A stretch of DNA of 64,000 bases, from the IMG/VR virus record IMGVR_UViG_3300028833_000080; one strand, 5' to 3'. Within the stretch, counting starts at the first letter, position 1; each line of letters starts with the position of its first letter. Below the pieces are notes generated by a model that searched no databases, was not told where the DNA came from, and was given only the letters and a program-made list of their open reading frames with translations. Source of the stretch: an uncultured virus (IMG/VR IMGVR_UViG_3300028833_000080). Its lineage: Duplodnaviria > Heunggongvirae > Uroviricota > Caudoviricetes. Of the stretch, positions 1 through 8,518 are shown piece after piece. The position numbers and the translations under genes were made by a program.

Positions 1-154
1 GAATTTACTTTCTTGTATTAAAGTTTTAATGGAAGGATTAGGGGCAGAAAAACTTACCCTTAAAACTGAAACAGAGTTGTCTTTCCACTATAATAATAAT
101 ACATATACCATTAAATTAACTAAACACAGACCACCTAAATAAGGCGGTTTTCGT

Positions 155-226
155 GGGCATGTCGCCTAAAGGTATGGCACCAAACTTTTAATTTGGTAAA
201 TGAGAGTTCGATTCTCTTCATGCCCA
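155..226 (+). tRNA. tRNA-Lys(TTT)
   Basis: Acceptor GGGCATG/CATGCCC, anticodon arm CCAAA-CTTTTAA-TTTGG, T-loop GTTCGATTC; CCA not encoded. Confidence 0.9.
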
Positions 227-241
227 TTAGAAAGGATTTTT

Positions 242-273
242 AAAGCATGGTTTCCGCCATGCTTTTCTTTTTT
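242..273 (+). terminator. Intrinsic terminator after tRNA-Lys
   Basis: AAAGCATGG/CCATGCTTT hairpin followed by a T-run. Confidence 0.75.
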
Positions 274-274
274 G

Positions 275-394
275 ACGTCGCGCTTACAACCCAAGCGCGA
301 CGTAATTTTTGTCAAGATGGCAAGTTGCACAATTTTTATTTCCAATTTTTGTGCATTTTCATCTCTTGTTTTTTCCTAAAAATTTTATTATAAT
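275..394. repeat. Intergenic repeat unit 1 (GC hairpin + TTTGTCAAG + TTTTGTGCA + promoter)
   Basis: ACGTCGCGCTT/AAGCGCGACGT hairpin followed by motifs shared with the units at ~971, 2049, 2970, 4343 and 5251. Confidence 0.75.
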
Positions 395-420
395 TATCTT
401 ATAGAAAGAGAGGTTGTATT

Positions 421-930
421 ATGTGCGAATTAAAAGGTATGACAGAATTAAATCTTGCGGTAACTAAAGTCCTTGCCCCTTTTGGTATCTCAAAGGCTTT
501 ATTAAGTGATACCTATGAATATCACTATGATGATGAGAGTGTGCTATTTAAATTAACTGAAGAAATTGAAGATAAATTCTTTAACGAATTTATTGCAGAA
601 CGTTTTAATTATAAATGTAAATATCCTTTTATTATTAGTCTTTTACATGAAGTAGGACATCATATAGCTAATGATGAAATTGAAGGTGCTATTTATGAAT
701 TTTGTATCAAAGAAAAAAATCGTATTAACAAGGAAATGGAAACCGCAGATGCAACAAGAGCAAAAGAATTAGAATGGCAATATTTCAATTTACCTGATGA
801 AATAATGGCTACTCAATGGGCGGTAAATTATGCAATCAAACATCCAAAGAAAATTGAAAAAATGTGGGAAAAAGCCCTAAATGCTTTAAAACAATTTTAT
901 ACCATTAATGAAATAGTTGATAAAGATTAA
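421..930 (+). CDS. Hypothetical protein with HExxH (zincin-like) motif
   Basis: LLHEVGHH motif and later PDE; RBS GAGAGG. Confidence 0.6.
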   Translation: MCELKGMTELNLAVTKVLAPFGISKALLSDTYEYHYDDESVLFKLTEEIEDKFFNEFIAERFNYKCKYPFIISLLHEVGHHIANDEIEGAIYEFCIKEKNRINKEMETADATRAKELEWQYFNLPDEIMATQWAVNYAIKHPKKIEKMWEKALNALKQFYTINEIVDKD

Positions 931-970
931 ATAACAGGTGGCGGGAAACCGCCACCTCTCTTATACTTTA

Positions 971-1110
971 TTAAATAACACTTGATATGTTTTGCGGGCG
1001 GCACACGTGCCAAACAGCCCGCATTTTTGCCAAGAGTAATAGTTACTAATTTTTCATCGACAATTTTGTGCAATTTGTATATTTACTTTTATCCTATAAT
1101 ATAGTATAAT
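971..1110. repeat. Intergenic repeat unit 2
   Basis: TTAAATAACACTTGATA, GCGGGC..GCCCGC hairpin, TTTTGCCAAG, AATTTTGTGCA, then TATAAT. Confidence 0.7.
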
Positions 1111-1339
1111 CAGTTTATCAATAAAAGAGAGGTAAATAAATATGATTATTAAAATTGAAAGAAAAAAAGTGGATTTAGCAATTAGAAATGGTATTTCTAT
1201 AAAACAATTAACTAAAAATATTTATATTGCAAGAAAGTATGGAAATAAAAAATTACATCCTATCGGATATTACATTCCAGTAATAATTATTGTGATAGAT
1301 TAAAAAAATTAATTTATTAACAAAAGAGAGATAATAAAA

Positions 1340-1516
1340 ATGACTAAAGGAAATATTCATAAAAAAGAAACTTTTGAAGATAAATTTGATAGAAAATTTG
1401 CTTGTTGGGTTAAAAATAATCGTAAAGCATGGCATTGGTGGAAACATAAAACTAGAAAAGATTTCCGCAGAAAACAGAAAAAAGAACTTGACAATCTAAC
1501 CAAAGATATGATATAA
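1340..1516 (+). CDS. Small basic Trp-rich protein (58 aa), paralog of 18560-18736
   Basis: Hand translation MTKGNIHKKETFEDKFDRKFACWVKNNRKAWHWWKHKTRKDFRRKQKKELDNLTKDMI; not in the ORF track. Confidence 0.75.
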   Translation: MTKGNIHKKETFEDKFDRKFACWVKNNRKAWHWWKHKTRKDFRRKQKKELDNLTKDMI

Positions 1517-1545
1517 TTAATATATCAAAAGAGAGAGGTAAATAA

Positions 1546-2007
1546 ATGAGTAAAACATTAGTATTTGATATGGATGGTACAATCGCAGACCTTTATGGCG
1601 TAAATGGCTGGCTCGAAGATTTAAGAGCCGAAAACCCTCGCCCCTATGAGATTGCTCGTCCGCTTTATGATATGGAAGTTTTAAATGCTATTCTTGACCT
1701 GCTTAAGGCACAGGGCTGGAAAATTGCGGTGACAACATGGCTTGCAAAAAATTCTTCCGCAACTTATGATGAAATGGTACGCAAGGCAAAAATTGATTGG
1801 TTAAAAAAATATAATTTTAACTATGACGAAATTCATCTTGTAAAGTATGGTAGAACAAAAGCAGATTGTACACGCAAGAATGGCGGTTTGCAGATACTCA
1901 TTGATGATAACGAAAAAATTCGCAAAGGTTGGCATTTAGGCGATACAATCAACGCCAACGAAAATATTATTAATGCTCTTATTAACTTATTAAAGGAGAC
2001 CAATTAA
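1546..2007 (+). CDS. HAD-superfamily hydrolase (5'(3')-nucleotidase-like)
   Basis: FDMDGTIAD motif I, VTT motif II, LIDD motif IV. Confidence 0.8.
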   Translation: MSKTLVFDMDGTIADLYGVNGWLEDLRAENPRPYEIARPLYDMEVLNAILDLLKAQGWKIAVTTWLAKNSSATYDEMVRKAKIDWLKKYNFNYDEIHLVKYGRTKADCTRKNGGLQILIDDNEKIRKGWHLGDTINANENIINALINLLKETN

Positions 2008-2083
2008 AGATAAACCTCTCTAGACCGCAGAAATGCGGTCTTTTTTAACGCGGCGGTTGCGCTCCAAACGCCGCGAATTTTTT

Positions 2084-2112
2084 ATTATATCATGCCTTGC
2101 AGGTTTTGCCAA
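2084..2112 (-). promoter_or_regulatory. Minus-strand sigma-A promoter in repeat unit 3
   Basis: Reverse complement reads TTGGCA-17 nt-TATAAT with extended -10 TG. Confidence 0.65.
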
Positions 2113-2232
2113 GCGGAAATCTGCTAGCAGATTAACCAAAAATATTCCTAAAATTTTGTACAACTTTACCCTTGTATTATTTTTTAAAAAGTTTTATAAT
2201 TAAATCATCAAGTGAAAGGAAGTAAATAAAAC

Positions 2233-2952
2233 ATGGCTAGAAAGAAAGAATATTTTTTGGTTTTAGATACAGAAACTTGCAACTCGATTGAGCAACCTTT
2301 ACCCTATGATATAGGCTATGCGGTTTGTGATAGATATGGTACTGTATATGAGACAAAATCCTTTATTATTGCAGAAATTTTTCTTGATATGAAAGATGTT
2401 ATGCAGTCGGCTTATTATGCGGAGAAAATTCCTAGATATTGGGAAGATATAAAGGCGGGTTCCCGCCTAATAAAACCTATGTGGAAAGTTCGCAAAGAAA
2501 TTATTACAGATATGAAAAAATATAATATTAAAAAAGTCGGTGCATATAATATTGGCTTTGATAAAAGAGCATTGAATAACCTTATGCGCTATGTGTCAAA
2601 GTCTTGGTGTCGTTGGTTTTTCCCTTTTGGTACTGAATTTTTCGATATTTGGAATTGTGCTTGCGAGTTACTTTTAGCAAGAAAAAGTTATATAGACTTT
2701 GCTTTAAAAAATGGTTTAGTATCTGAAAAAGATAATATATTAACTAGTGCGGAAAGCACCTATAAATATATTACAAAAAAACTTGACTTTAAAGAAAGTC
2801 ATACAGGCTTGGAAGATGTACTTATAGAGGTTAAGATTTTAGCCGAATGTTATAAGCAACATAAAAAAATGGATACGTCTATCAATTCTGCGTGCTGGCA
2901 GAAAGTACAACACAAACGAAAAGAATTAGACCTCAAGAAGGTGTTTAAATAA
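2233..2952 (+). CDS. DEDDh 3'-5' exonuclease
   Basis: VLDTET (Exo I), AYNIGFD (Exo II), HTGLED (Exo III). Confidence 0.85.
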   Translation: MARKKEYFLVLDTETCNSIEQPLPYDIGYAVCDRYGTVYETKSFIIAEIFLDMKDVMQSAYYAEKIPRYWEDIKAGSRLIKPMWKVRKEIITDMKKYNIKKVGAYNIGFDKRALNNLMRYVSKSWCRWFFPFGTEFFDIWNCACELLLARKSYIDFALKNGLVSEKDNILTSAESTYKYITKKLDFKESHTGLEDVLIEVKILAECYKQHKKMDTSINSACWQKVQHKRKELDLKKVFK

Positions 2953-3029
2953 CACCTTCTTTTTTTATTAATAAAATAACACCTGCTATCAACGGCGCGA
3001 GCACAGATCGTGCGAGCGCCGAATTTACC

Positions 3030-3058
3030 ATTATACCACCTCCCGCAGATTTTGTCAA
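3030..3058 (-). promoter_or_regulatory. Minus-strand sigma-A promoter in repeat unit 4
   Basis: Reverse complement reads TTGACA-17 nt-TATAAT with extended -10 TG. Confidence 0.75.
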
Positions 3059-3170
3059 GAGGAAAAATCTACCAAAAATTATATCTTCTTTTCCCTAAAT
3101 TTTATGCAGAATACCATATTGATTTTTAAAAAATTTTTTGTTATAATTTATACATAAAGAAAAGGAAATA

Positions 3171-3275
3171 AAAAATCTTAAATGGGCTTTGCGGTAGGTG
3201 TGGATATTTTCATGGAGAATAAAGGTTGCCACAAACCCCTTGAAGATACTATCGCAGAGTCGATTTAAGATTTTT
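3171..3275 (+). ncRNA. Candidate long-hairpin small RNA
   Basis: AAAAATCTTAAAT/ATTTAAGATTTTT plus GGCTTTGCGGTAG/CTATCGCAGAGTC pairing with G-U pairs; own promoter at 3119-3147; no ORF. Confidence 0.55.
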
Positions 3276-3324
3276 TAAAAAAATACTTGACTTTTAAAAA
3301 ATCTTATGATATAATCTTTATATA

Positions 3325-3431
3325 GTCAAGAGGACAAAAGGTCTGTTGCACAGATTAAATCTCCCATGCCGCATGGAGTACTTTTGAAAAGAGTAGAAAA
3401 AAGTCGCGAATTTTTTTAAAAACCTCTTGAC
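3325..3431 (+). ncRNA. Candidate multi-hairpin small RNA
   Basis: Closing stem GTCAAGAGG/CCTCTTGAC around 3-4 short hairpins; own promoter at ~3287-3315. Confidence 0.45.
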
Positions 3432-3513
3432 AATATAAAAAAGATATGATATAATAAATATATCAAATGAAACAAGTAAATAATTTTTTCAAAAGAAAGG
3501 TGGTATTTGTATT

Positions 3514-3852
3514 ATGACTAAGAAAGAAATGTTTGGCGCTATTCGTGAGGTTGTTGCTGATAATGCTGATATGGTTGCTTTTATTGACCATGAGATTGAA
3601 CTTCTGAATAAGAAGAACGGCTCTAAGAAGATGACCAAGACGCAGGAAGCCAACGTAGGCATTAAGGCGCAGATTGTTGAGGCACTTAAGGGCTTTGAGA
3701 ATGGTGCTACTGTTACAGAGATTCTCGGTGCTAGTGAAGATTTTGTTGGCATGAGCAATCAGAAAGTAACCGCACTTCTTCGTCAGTTAGTTGAGAGCGG
3801 TGAGGTCATTAAGACTGTTGACAAGAAAAAGGCTATCTTTAAGGTAGCCTAA
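3514..3852 (+). CDS. Small winged-helix DNA-binding-like protein
   Basis: C-terminal SNQKVTALLRQLVESGEVIK resembles a wHTH; similar to 14549-14962. Confidence 0.6.
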   Translation: MTKKEMFGAIREVVADNADMVAFIDHEIELLNKKNGSKKMTKTQEANVGIKAQIVEALKGFENGATVTEILGASEDFVGMSNQKVTALLRQLVESGEVIKTVDKKKAIFKVA

Positions 3853-3905
3853 TGGGATAGGGGGCTAGTCCCCCTCCCGCAATTCTTTTTTAGAGAGGTG
3901 ATGTA

Positions 3906-4316
3906 ATGCGATACACATATAAAAATAGAACTATTAGTATCCCTGATAAAGAAATAGATAATCTTGTGGATTCTCTTGAGATTTCTATTGATGAGGCAAT
4001 TCATTTATGGTTGTCAGACCATTCAATGGAAGAAAATGAGGAACAGCAAAACCTTGATAAAGAGGCAAAAAAAACCTATGTTTCTCGTGAACCTGCTCCA
4101 AGTAAGCCCCGAAAAGAGCGGAAACCAATGGAAAAAAAGGTTTCTGATGAAAAAAAGGAACTTTTTTCAAACATTTTATCATTTTTGACTGAAAATTATA
4201 ATGAAAATGTTACAATTCTCAATGAAAACAAGTTAATTTCTGTTAAAATTGGTGAAAAAGTCTTTAAAGTGGATATTGTTGAGCAAAGACCTCCTAAAAT
4301 CACAAAAAAAGCATAA
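3906..4316 (+). CDS. Hypothetical phage protein
   Basis: ORF with RBS GAGGTG; terminator follows. Confidence 0.65.
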   Translation: MRYTYKNRTISIPDKEIDNLVDSLEISIDEAIHLWLSDHSMEENEEQQNLDKEAKKTYVSREPAPSKPRKERKPMEKKVSDEKKELFSNILSFLTENYNENVTILNENKLISVKIGEKVFKVDIVEQRPPKITKKA

Positions 4317-4342
4317 CTTTGGTTATGCTTTTGTTTTAATTA

Positions 4343-4481
4343 ATTAAATAACAGGTGTTATGCGGCGGCCCGATCAGGCTACGCCTGGGCCGAATTTTTG
4401 TCAATGGACAAGATTAACAAATTTTCAATCTAAATTTTGTGCATTATTTCCGCTTGACTTTTTCCTAAAAAAGAGTATAAT
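4343..4481. repeat. Intergenic repeat unit 5
   Basis: TTAAATAACAGGTGTTA, CGGCCC..GGGCCG hairpin, TTTTTGTCAA, AAATTTTGTGCA, TTGACT-17-TATAAT. Confidence 0.75.
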
Positions 4482-4506
4482 TAGTTATAGAAAGAGAGGT
4501 AAAAAA

Positions 4507-4725
4507 ATGAAAACTTATACTATAACAGAATATGAAATGGAAGATTATGATAATTTTATAAATAGTTTAACTAAAGAAGAAATTATAAATAGATTAAATT
4601 ATATAGCAAGAGGTTGGCTACCTGATTATAATTTTTCAGGTACAGAAGATGATTTTGATTATTTTAAAAATCATGCCGTTATTAATAAAGCAATAGAATT
4701 ATTAAAAAGAGAGGTAAAAAAATGA
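4507..4725 (+). CDS. Hypothetical protein
   Basis: Start moved to the ATG at 4507 after RBS GAGAGG. Confidence 0.65.
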   Translation: MKTYTITEYEMEDYDNFINSLTKEEIINRLNYIARGWLPDYNFSGTEDDFDYFKNHAVINKAIELLKREVKK

Positions 4726-4958
4726 AATACATTACAAATAATGAAATTGTTGTTCGTTCTAGAGTAGATGTAGAAATTATAACAAATATTCTTTTAGAGA
4801 ATAATTATGTCGTAATGACTAGCCGCGAAGATGATTTATATATTATTAATTATATTTGGTCTGACCGCGGGGAAGCCAATCGCAATAGTGTAGTTTTTAT
4901 TACTCGTGAAGATATGGAAGAAATGTTATTTAATCCAACTGAAGATGATTTAAAATAA
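4722..4958 (+). CDS. Hypothetical protein
   Basis: Overlapping stop/start with RBS GAGG. Confidence 0.65.
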   Translation: MKYITNNEIVVRSRVDVEIITNILLENNYVVMTSREDDLYIINYIWSDRGEANRNSVVFITREDMEEMLFNPTEDDLK

Positions 4959-5031
4959 AGAACATTCTTCGGGGTATTTTTAAAAATGATGATTTTTATT
5001 TTTTAATTATAATAGAAAGTGAGATTAAAAA

Positions 5032-5211
5032 ATGTCAGAAAAAGATTTAGATTTACTAGAAAAATTATTTGAAAATTTTTGTGCAAAAAGTGAATATTGT
5101 AAGAATTGTCGATATAAAAGAGTTAGAGATGAAAATAGACATTATTGTTATTTTGGAATAATTTGTATTGCAAAACAATTAGGTCTTTCCCTTGATGGTT
5201 TTGATAAATAA
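5032..5211 (+). CDS. Small Cys-rich protein (59 aa)
   Basis: MSEKDLDLLEKLFENFCAKSEYCKNCRY...; RBS AAAGTGAG; terminator follows. Confidence 0.55.
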   Translation: MSEKDLDLLEKLFENFCAKSEYCKNCRYKRVRDENRHYCYFGIICIAKQLGLSLDGFDK

Positions 5212-5751
5212 ATAAATAAAAAACGCCTTTCGGGGCGTTTTTTCTAGCCTAATTAAATAACATCTGTTATTGAGCGGCGTGTCACCGATGGTGATTCGCC
5301 GTATCTACCCCAAAGATCTTCTATATGGGTTTTTTCGCTGAATGTTTGAATTATATGCAATTTTTCCGTGGATCCTGAAATTAAGCGGGTCCCGCGGTGT
5401 ATTCATACTTGACTTTTTTAAAAATTTATGTTATAATATAAAAAAACGACTTTTTTAAGTCCGCTCCTAAATTTTAAACGATTTGTCCCTCTCATGAAGT
5501 TCTTACCATTTAATTAAAAATCACTTTACTACAGCTCAATACAGTTTAACAAGAGAAGATGAAAATCGATGGTTGAGGCCCTCAAAAATATCCACTTGCT
5601 TTTTATTAAAAATTATGTTATAATTATAATGGGGGAATATATATATTTTTAAAACCGCTTGACAAAAATAAAAATTTATGATATAATATATATAATAAGA
5701 GAATAAAAAAATGTGCAAAGCACATTTTTTCAGAAAGAAGGTATAAAATAT

Positions 5752-6105
5752 ATGAATAAAGAAATGAATGAAGATATTTTTAGGCGGATGCTTGATGCGG
5801 GAAGAACCCCAGAAGAAATCTATGAGATTGCTAAGAAAAAGGCAGCAGAAATGAAAAAGGAACAAGAGGAAGCTAAAAAGCTGGCAGCAGAACAAAAGAA
5901 GAAAGAAAAGGCGGTTGCCGGTGCTAGAGCCAAGGTTGTTGAAGCTATGAAAGAATATTCTACATTGCTATATGGAGTTGAGCCTGATATCAAGCTTATG
6001 GACGCTTTTAATGCAGATTTAAAGCTAATTGAACAGAATGCTAAGGGCAGTTCAAGCAAAGAGTATGATATTTTTAATGAACTAATGAATTTGATCTGGA
6101 ACTAA
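5752..6105 (+). CDS. Hypothetical coiled-coil protein
   Basis: K/E/A-rich ORF downstream of a TTGACA promoter. Confidence 0.6.
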   Translation: MNKEMNEDIFRRMLDAGRTPEEIYEIAKKKAAEMKKEQEEAKKLAAEQKKKEKAVAGARAKVVEAMKEYSTLLYGVEPDIKLMDAFNADLKLIEQNAKGSSSKEYDIFNELMNLIWN

Positions 6106-6338
6106 TGTTCCAGATCTTTTTTCTATTACGAAGACGATAGCGGTAGATAAATGAAGAATAGGTCTAGAATCTGGGCACCCCTCACACACAGCACACACCC
6201 CACCATACCGTATCTACCCCCTATCACATACTATCTAGATCATTTTTATAATATCTAAATTATATTCATATATCCAACTCATTTCTCTTACTCTTTAATT
6301 ATTTTTAAAATATATCTCTCATCTCTAACTCATTTTTA

Positions 6339-6602
6339 CTACTCTTCCTCATTATAATATCCTAATACCTTTTTAAATCTTTCTCTTACTTGACATAACC
6401 ATCCACTATTTACCTTATATTCATTTTCCTTTGAATGTGCATAAAGAATATCTAACGACATTCTCTTTGGGAAAAATTCCTCTACAATTTTATAATCTCC
6501 ATCACATTCATCTAGCAAAGGTTCTGTCCCATGTTCTTCACTTCCAAAAAATATATCATCAAACATCATATCCAAATAATCACTGTCTATAATATACTTC
6601 AA
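6339..6602 (-). CDS. Hypothetical acidic protein
   Basis: ORF track; plausible composition; start uncertain. Confidence 0.5.
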   Translation of the reverse strand: MKYIIDSDYLDMMFDDIFFGSEEHGTEPLLDECDGDYKIVEEFFPKRMSLDILYAHSKENEYKVNSGWLCQVRERFKKVLGYYNEEE

Positions 6603-6734
6603 GGAGAATGTCTAACGACATTCTTCGACATCTCATAAGAAGAATCGCTAGACTCTTCTCAAATTAGGGGTCCCCTTAAAATCCATACCCCCAACAAACA
6701 TCACTTTACCCTACCCCCAATTCAATTCCGCTAA

Positions 6735-6767
6735 GGTATGAAATTCCCCGAAGGGGTATTTCATACC
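6735..6767. terminator. Strong hairpin beside the AT tract (terminator or origin element)
   Basis: GGTATGAAAT-TCCCC-GAA-GGGGT-ATTTCATACC. Confidence 0.5.
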
Positions 6768-6769
6768 GC

Positions 6770-7114
6770 TTATATTTATTATATATATATTTATATTATA
6801 TATTATATATATTTATGGAGGAAAATTTGTTTCAATATTGTAACCGCTGGTTACAGAAATCTTAATTTTCCGTAACTGCTGGTTACAGATTTTTGTAACA
6901 ATTTGTTTCAGAACTCAAAATATATTGGAACAGATTGTTCCATTTGTAACAAATCGTTACAGTTGTCCTTTTTTGTTTCATTCGTAACCGCTGGTTTCAA
7001 AACTGTAACTTTTTGTTTCATCTGTAACTTCTGGTTACAATCGTAACCATTTGTTTCATCCGTAACAATTTGTTCCAACTGGTCATTTTTGTTACAATTG
7101 GAACTTCCAGTTAC
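6770..7114. repeat. Putative replication origin: AT-only tract plus 13 palindromic iteron-like repeats
   Basis: GTAAC-N5-GTT(A/T/C)C units at 6840, 6872, 6895, 6927, 6946, 6965, 6984, 7005, 7024, 7043, 7062, 7081 and 7100 (mostly 19-bp period); A/T-only tract 6770-6816. Confidence 0.7.
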
Positions 7115-7468
7115 AATGCCCCCCTCATAGAAATCGTATACTGCGGGATACCTCTGAACCAAATAACCCTTTTCTACTAGCTGATCAATCCCGCTATTTA
7201 TCTGCTTTCGATACTTCGCACTCTTATTATCATTCTTAGTTCCGTCTTCTCTGTATATCGGATCATTTAACCAGTTAGCATAATTCGCAACTTTTAATTC
7301 AAATTCCATATTATTTGCATTAGAAACTAAATAAAGATAAAGATTCTTCCCGCCAACTGAATCAAGTATTCCCATGGCAGCCCCCAAATTATTAAAACCA
7401 ACTTGAGTAAATCTATCATATTTTTCTTCTTTATGTACTGTAATAAAGCGGGTTTCCTGTTTAGCCAT
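6908..7468 (-). CDS. Putative replication initiator (HTH-like N-terminus, iterons within the 3' half)
   Basis: NLYLYL...INSGIDQLVEKGYL resembles the wHTH of phage Rep/O-type proteins; internal DNA repeats. Confidence 0.55.
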   Translation of the reverse strand: MAKQETRFITVHKEEKYDRFTQVGFNNLGAAMGILDSVGGKNLYLYLVSNANNMEFELKVANYANWLNDPIYREDGTKNDNKSAKYRKQINSGIDQLVEKGYLVQRYPAVYDFYEGGIVTGSSNCNKNDQLEQIVTDETNGYDCNQKLQMKQKVTVLKPAVTNETKKDNCNDLLQMEQSVPIYFEF

Positions 7469-7470
7469 AC

Positions 7471-7650
7471 TTAACCCTCCCTCACAAGCTCATCAAAAGC
7501 CGCTAAAAAGGCGGGAGTTGCTTCATAAACCCAACATTTATATTGTTTCTTTTTAGGATTTTCTGTTTCCAATAGAGGAACAAATCCTTTTAATTCAAGT
7601 AAATTCTTTAACTTAAAAGAATATACTATTTTTATATCTGCTTTTGACAT
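7471..7650 (-). CDS. Small protein (59 aa), DUF5659-like
   Basis: MSKADIKIVYSFKLKNLLELKGFVPLLETENPKKKQYKCWVYEATPAFLAAFDELVREG; RBS GAGG; not in the ORF track. Confidence 0.6.
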   Translation of the reverse strand: MSKADIKIVYSFKLKNLLELKGFVPLLETENPKKKQYKCWVYEATPAFLAAFDELVREG

Positions 7651-7660
7651 AGTAAAACCT

Positions 7661-7813
7661 CTATTCCTCTGTATTTTCTACAGTTTGACATCCATCAATA
7701 TAATATTTAATAGCTTTTCTTACCACCCAAGATATATTTCTATCTTCTTCTGCGGCCTTCTTATCTAAAAATTCCTTATCTTCGTCTGGAATTCTTACCG
7801 TAATCTGTGCCAT
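7661..7813 (-). CDS. Ribbon-helix-helix (CopG/Arc-like) DNA-binding protein (50 aa)
   Basis: MAQITVRIPDEDKEFLDKKAAEEDRNISWVVRKAIKYYI fits the RHH pattern; RBS GAAAGGAG; not in the ORF track. Confidence 0.8.
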   Translation of the reverse strand: MAQITVRIPDEDKEFLDKKAAEEDRNISWVVRKAIKYYIDGCQTVENTEE

Positions 7814-7954
7814 GGCGTTAAACTCCTTTCATACCATTATACTGCATTATCTTGCAGAATTACTTCAAAAATAAACAATCCAAATTTCTTTGCATTGTCC
7901 AAAAATTTTAATCTATATGAAACGCAATCGCGTATTATTTTTTATCTTACTTAT

Positions 7955-7983
7955 ATTATAACAAAATTTTCTAAAAAAGTCAA
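7955..7983 (-). promoter_or_regulatory. Promoter of the minus-strand RHH-Rep operon
   Basis: Reverse complement TTGACT-17-TATAAT with TG extension. Confidence 0.7.
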
Positions 7984-8144
7984 CCCTCAATCCGCCTTAA
8001 AAATCATTTTTTATCGCACCTTCCATCATTATGCGGAAAGTGAGGTCTATGGCAGACATAAAGCAAGCCTTCCCGCATACTTAAGTTGACATTATTAAAA
8101 AATTATGATATAATATTTATATAATAAAGAAAGGAATAAATATT

Positions 8145-8441
8145 ATGATTGAATCAGCTCTTTATCTCTTGTTTATAATTGGAATTATATTTTGGATGTA
8201 CACTACTTATCATAAATATACATCTCCGATTCTTTTTTCAGGCACATGGAAATATAAAATTTTAAATTTCTTTTCTAATCCATACGTTTGGGCATTTTTT
8301 AATGCGGGATTAGCAATAATCTTACTTATCTTATTTGTTATAAATAGCTGTGCTCTTGTAAGAATTATTCTTTGGATAATAATTACAATAACTTGGCTTG
8401 GAATTGGAGAAATAGATAGATATCATTCAGAAAAAAAGTAG
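8145..8441 (+). CDS. Small membrane protein
   Basis: Three hydrophobic segments; promoter and RBS upstream. Confidence 0.6.
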   Translation: MIESALYLLFIIGIIFWMYTTYHKYTSPILFSGTWKYKILNFFSNPYVWAFFNAGLAIILLILFVINSCALVRIILWIIITITWLGIGEIDRYHSEKK

Positions 8442-8518
8442 GAGTAAATAACTCCTACTTTATTTTTTTAAAAATTTATGATATAATATATATATAAAAT
8501 AAAGAAAGGAAATAACTT

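Noticed and set aside
4360..4506. N-terminal extension of ORF 4360-4725
   Set aside because: It runs through the intergenic hairpin and promoter; the RBS supports the ATG at 4507
6840..7114. CRISPR array or LexA (Cheo) boxes
   Set aside because: The period is ~19 bp with no unique 30-40 bp spacers and no cas genes; the palindrome spacing is N5, not GAAC-N4-GTTC
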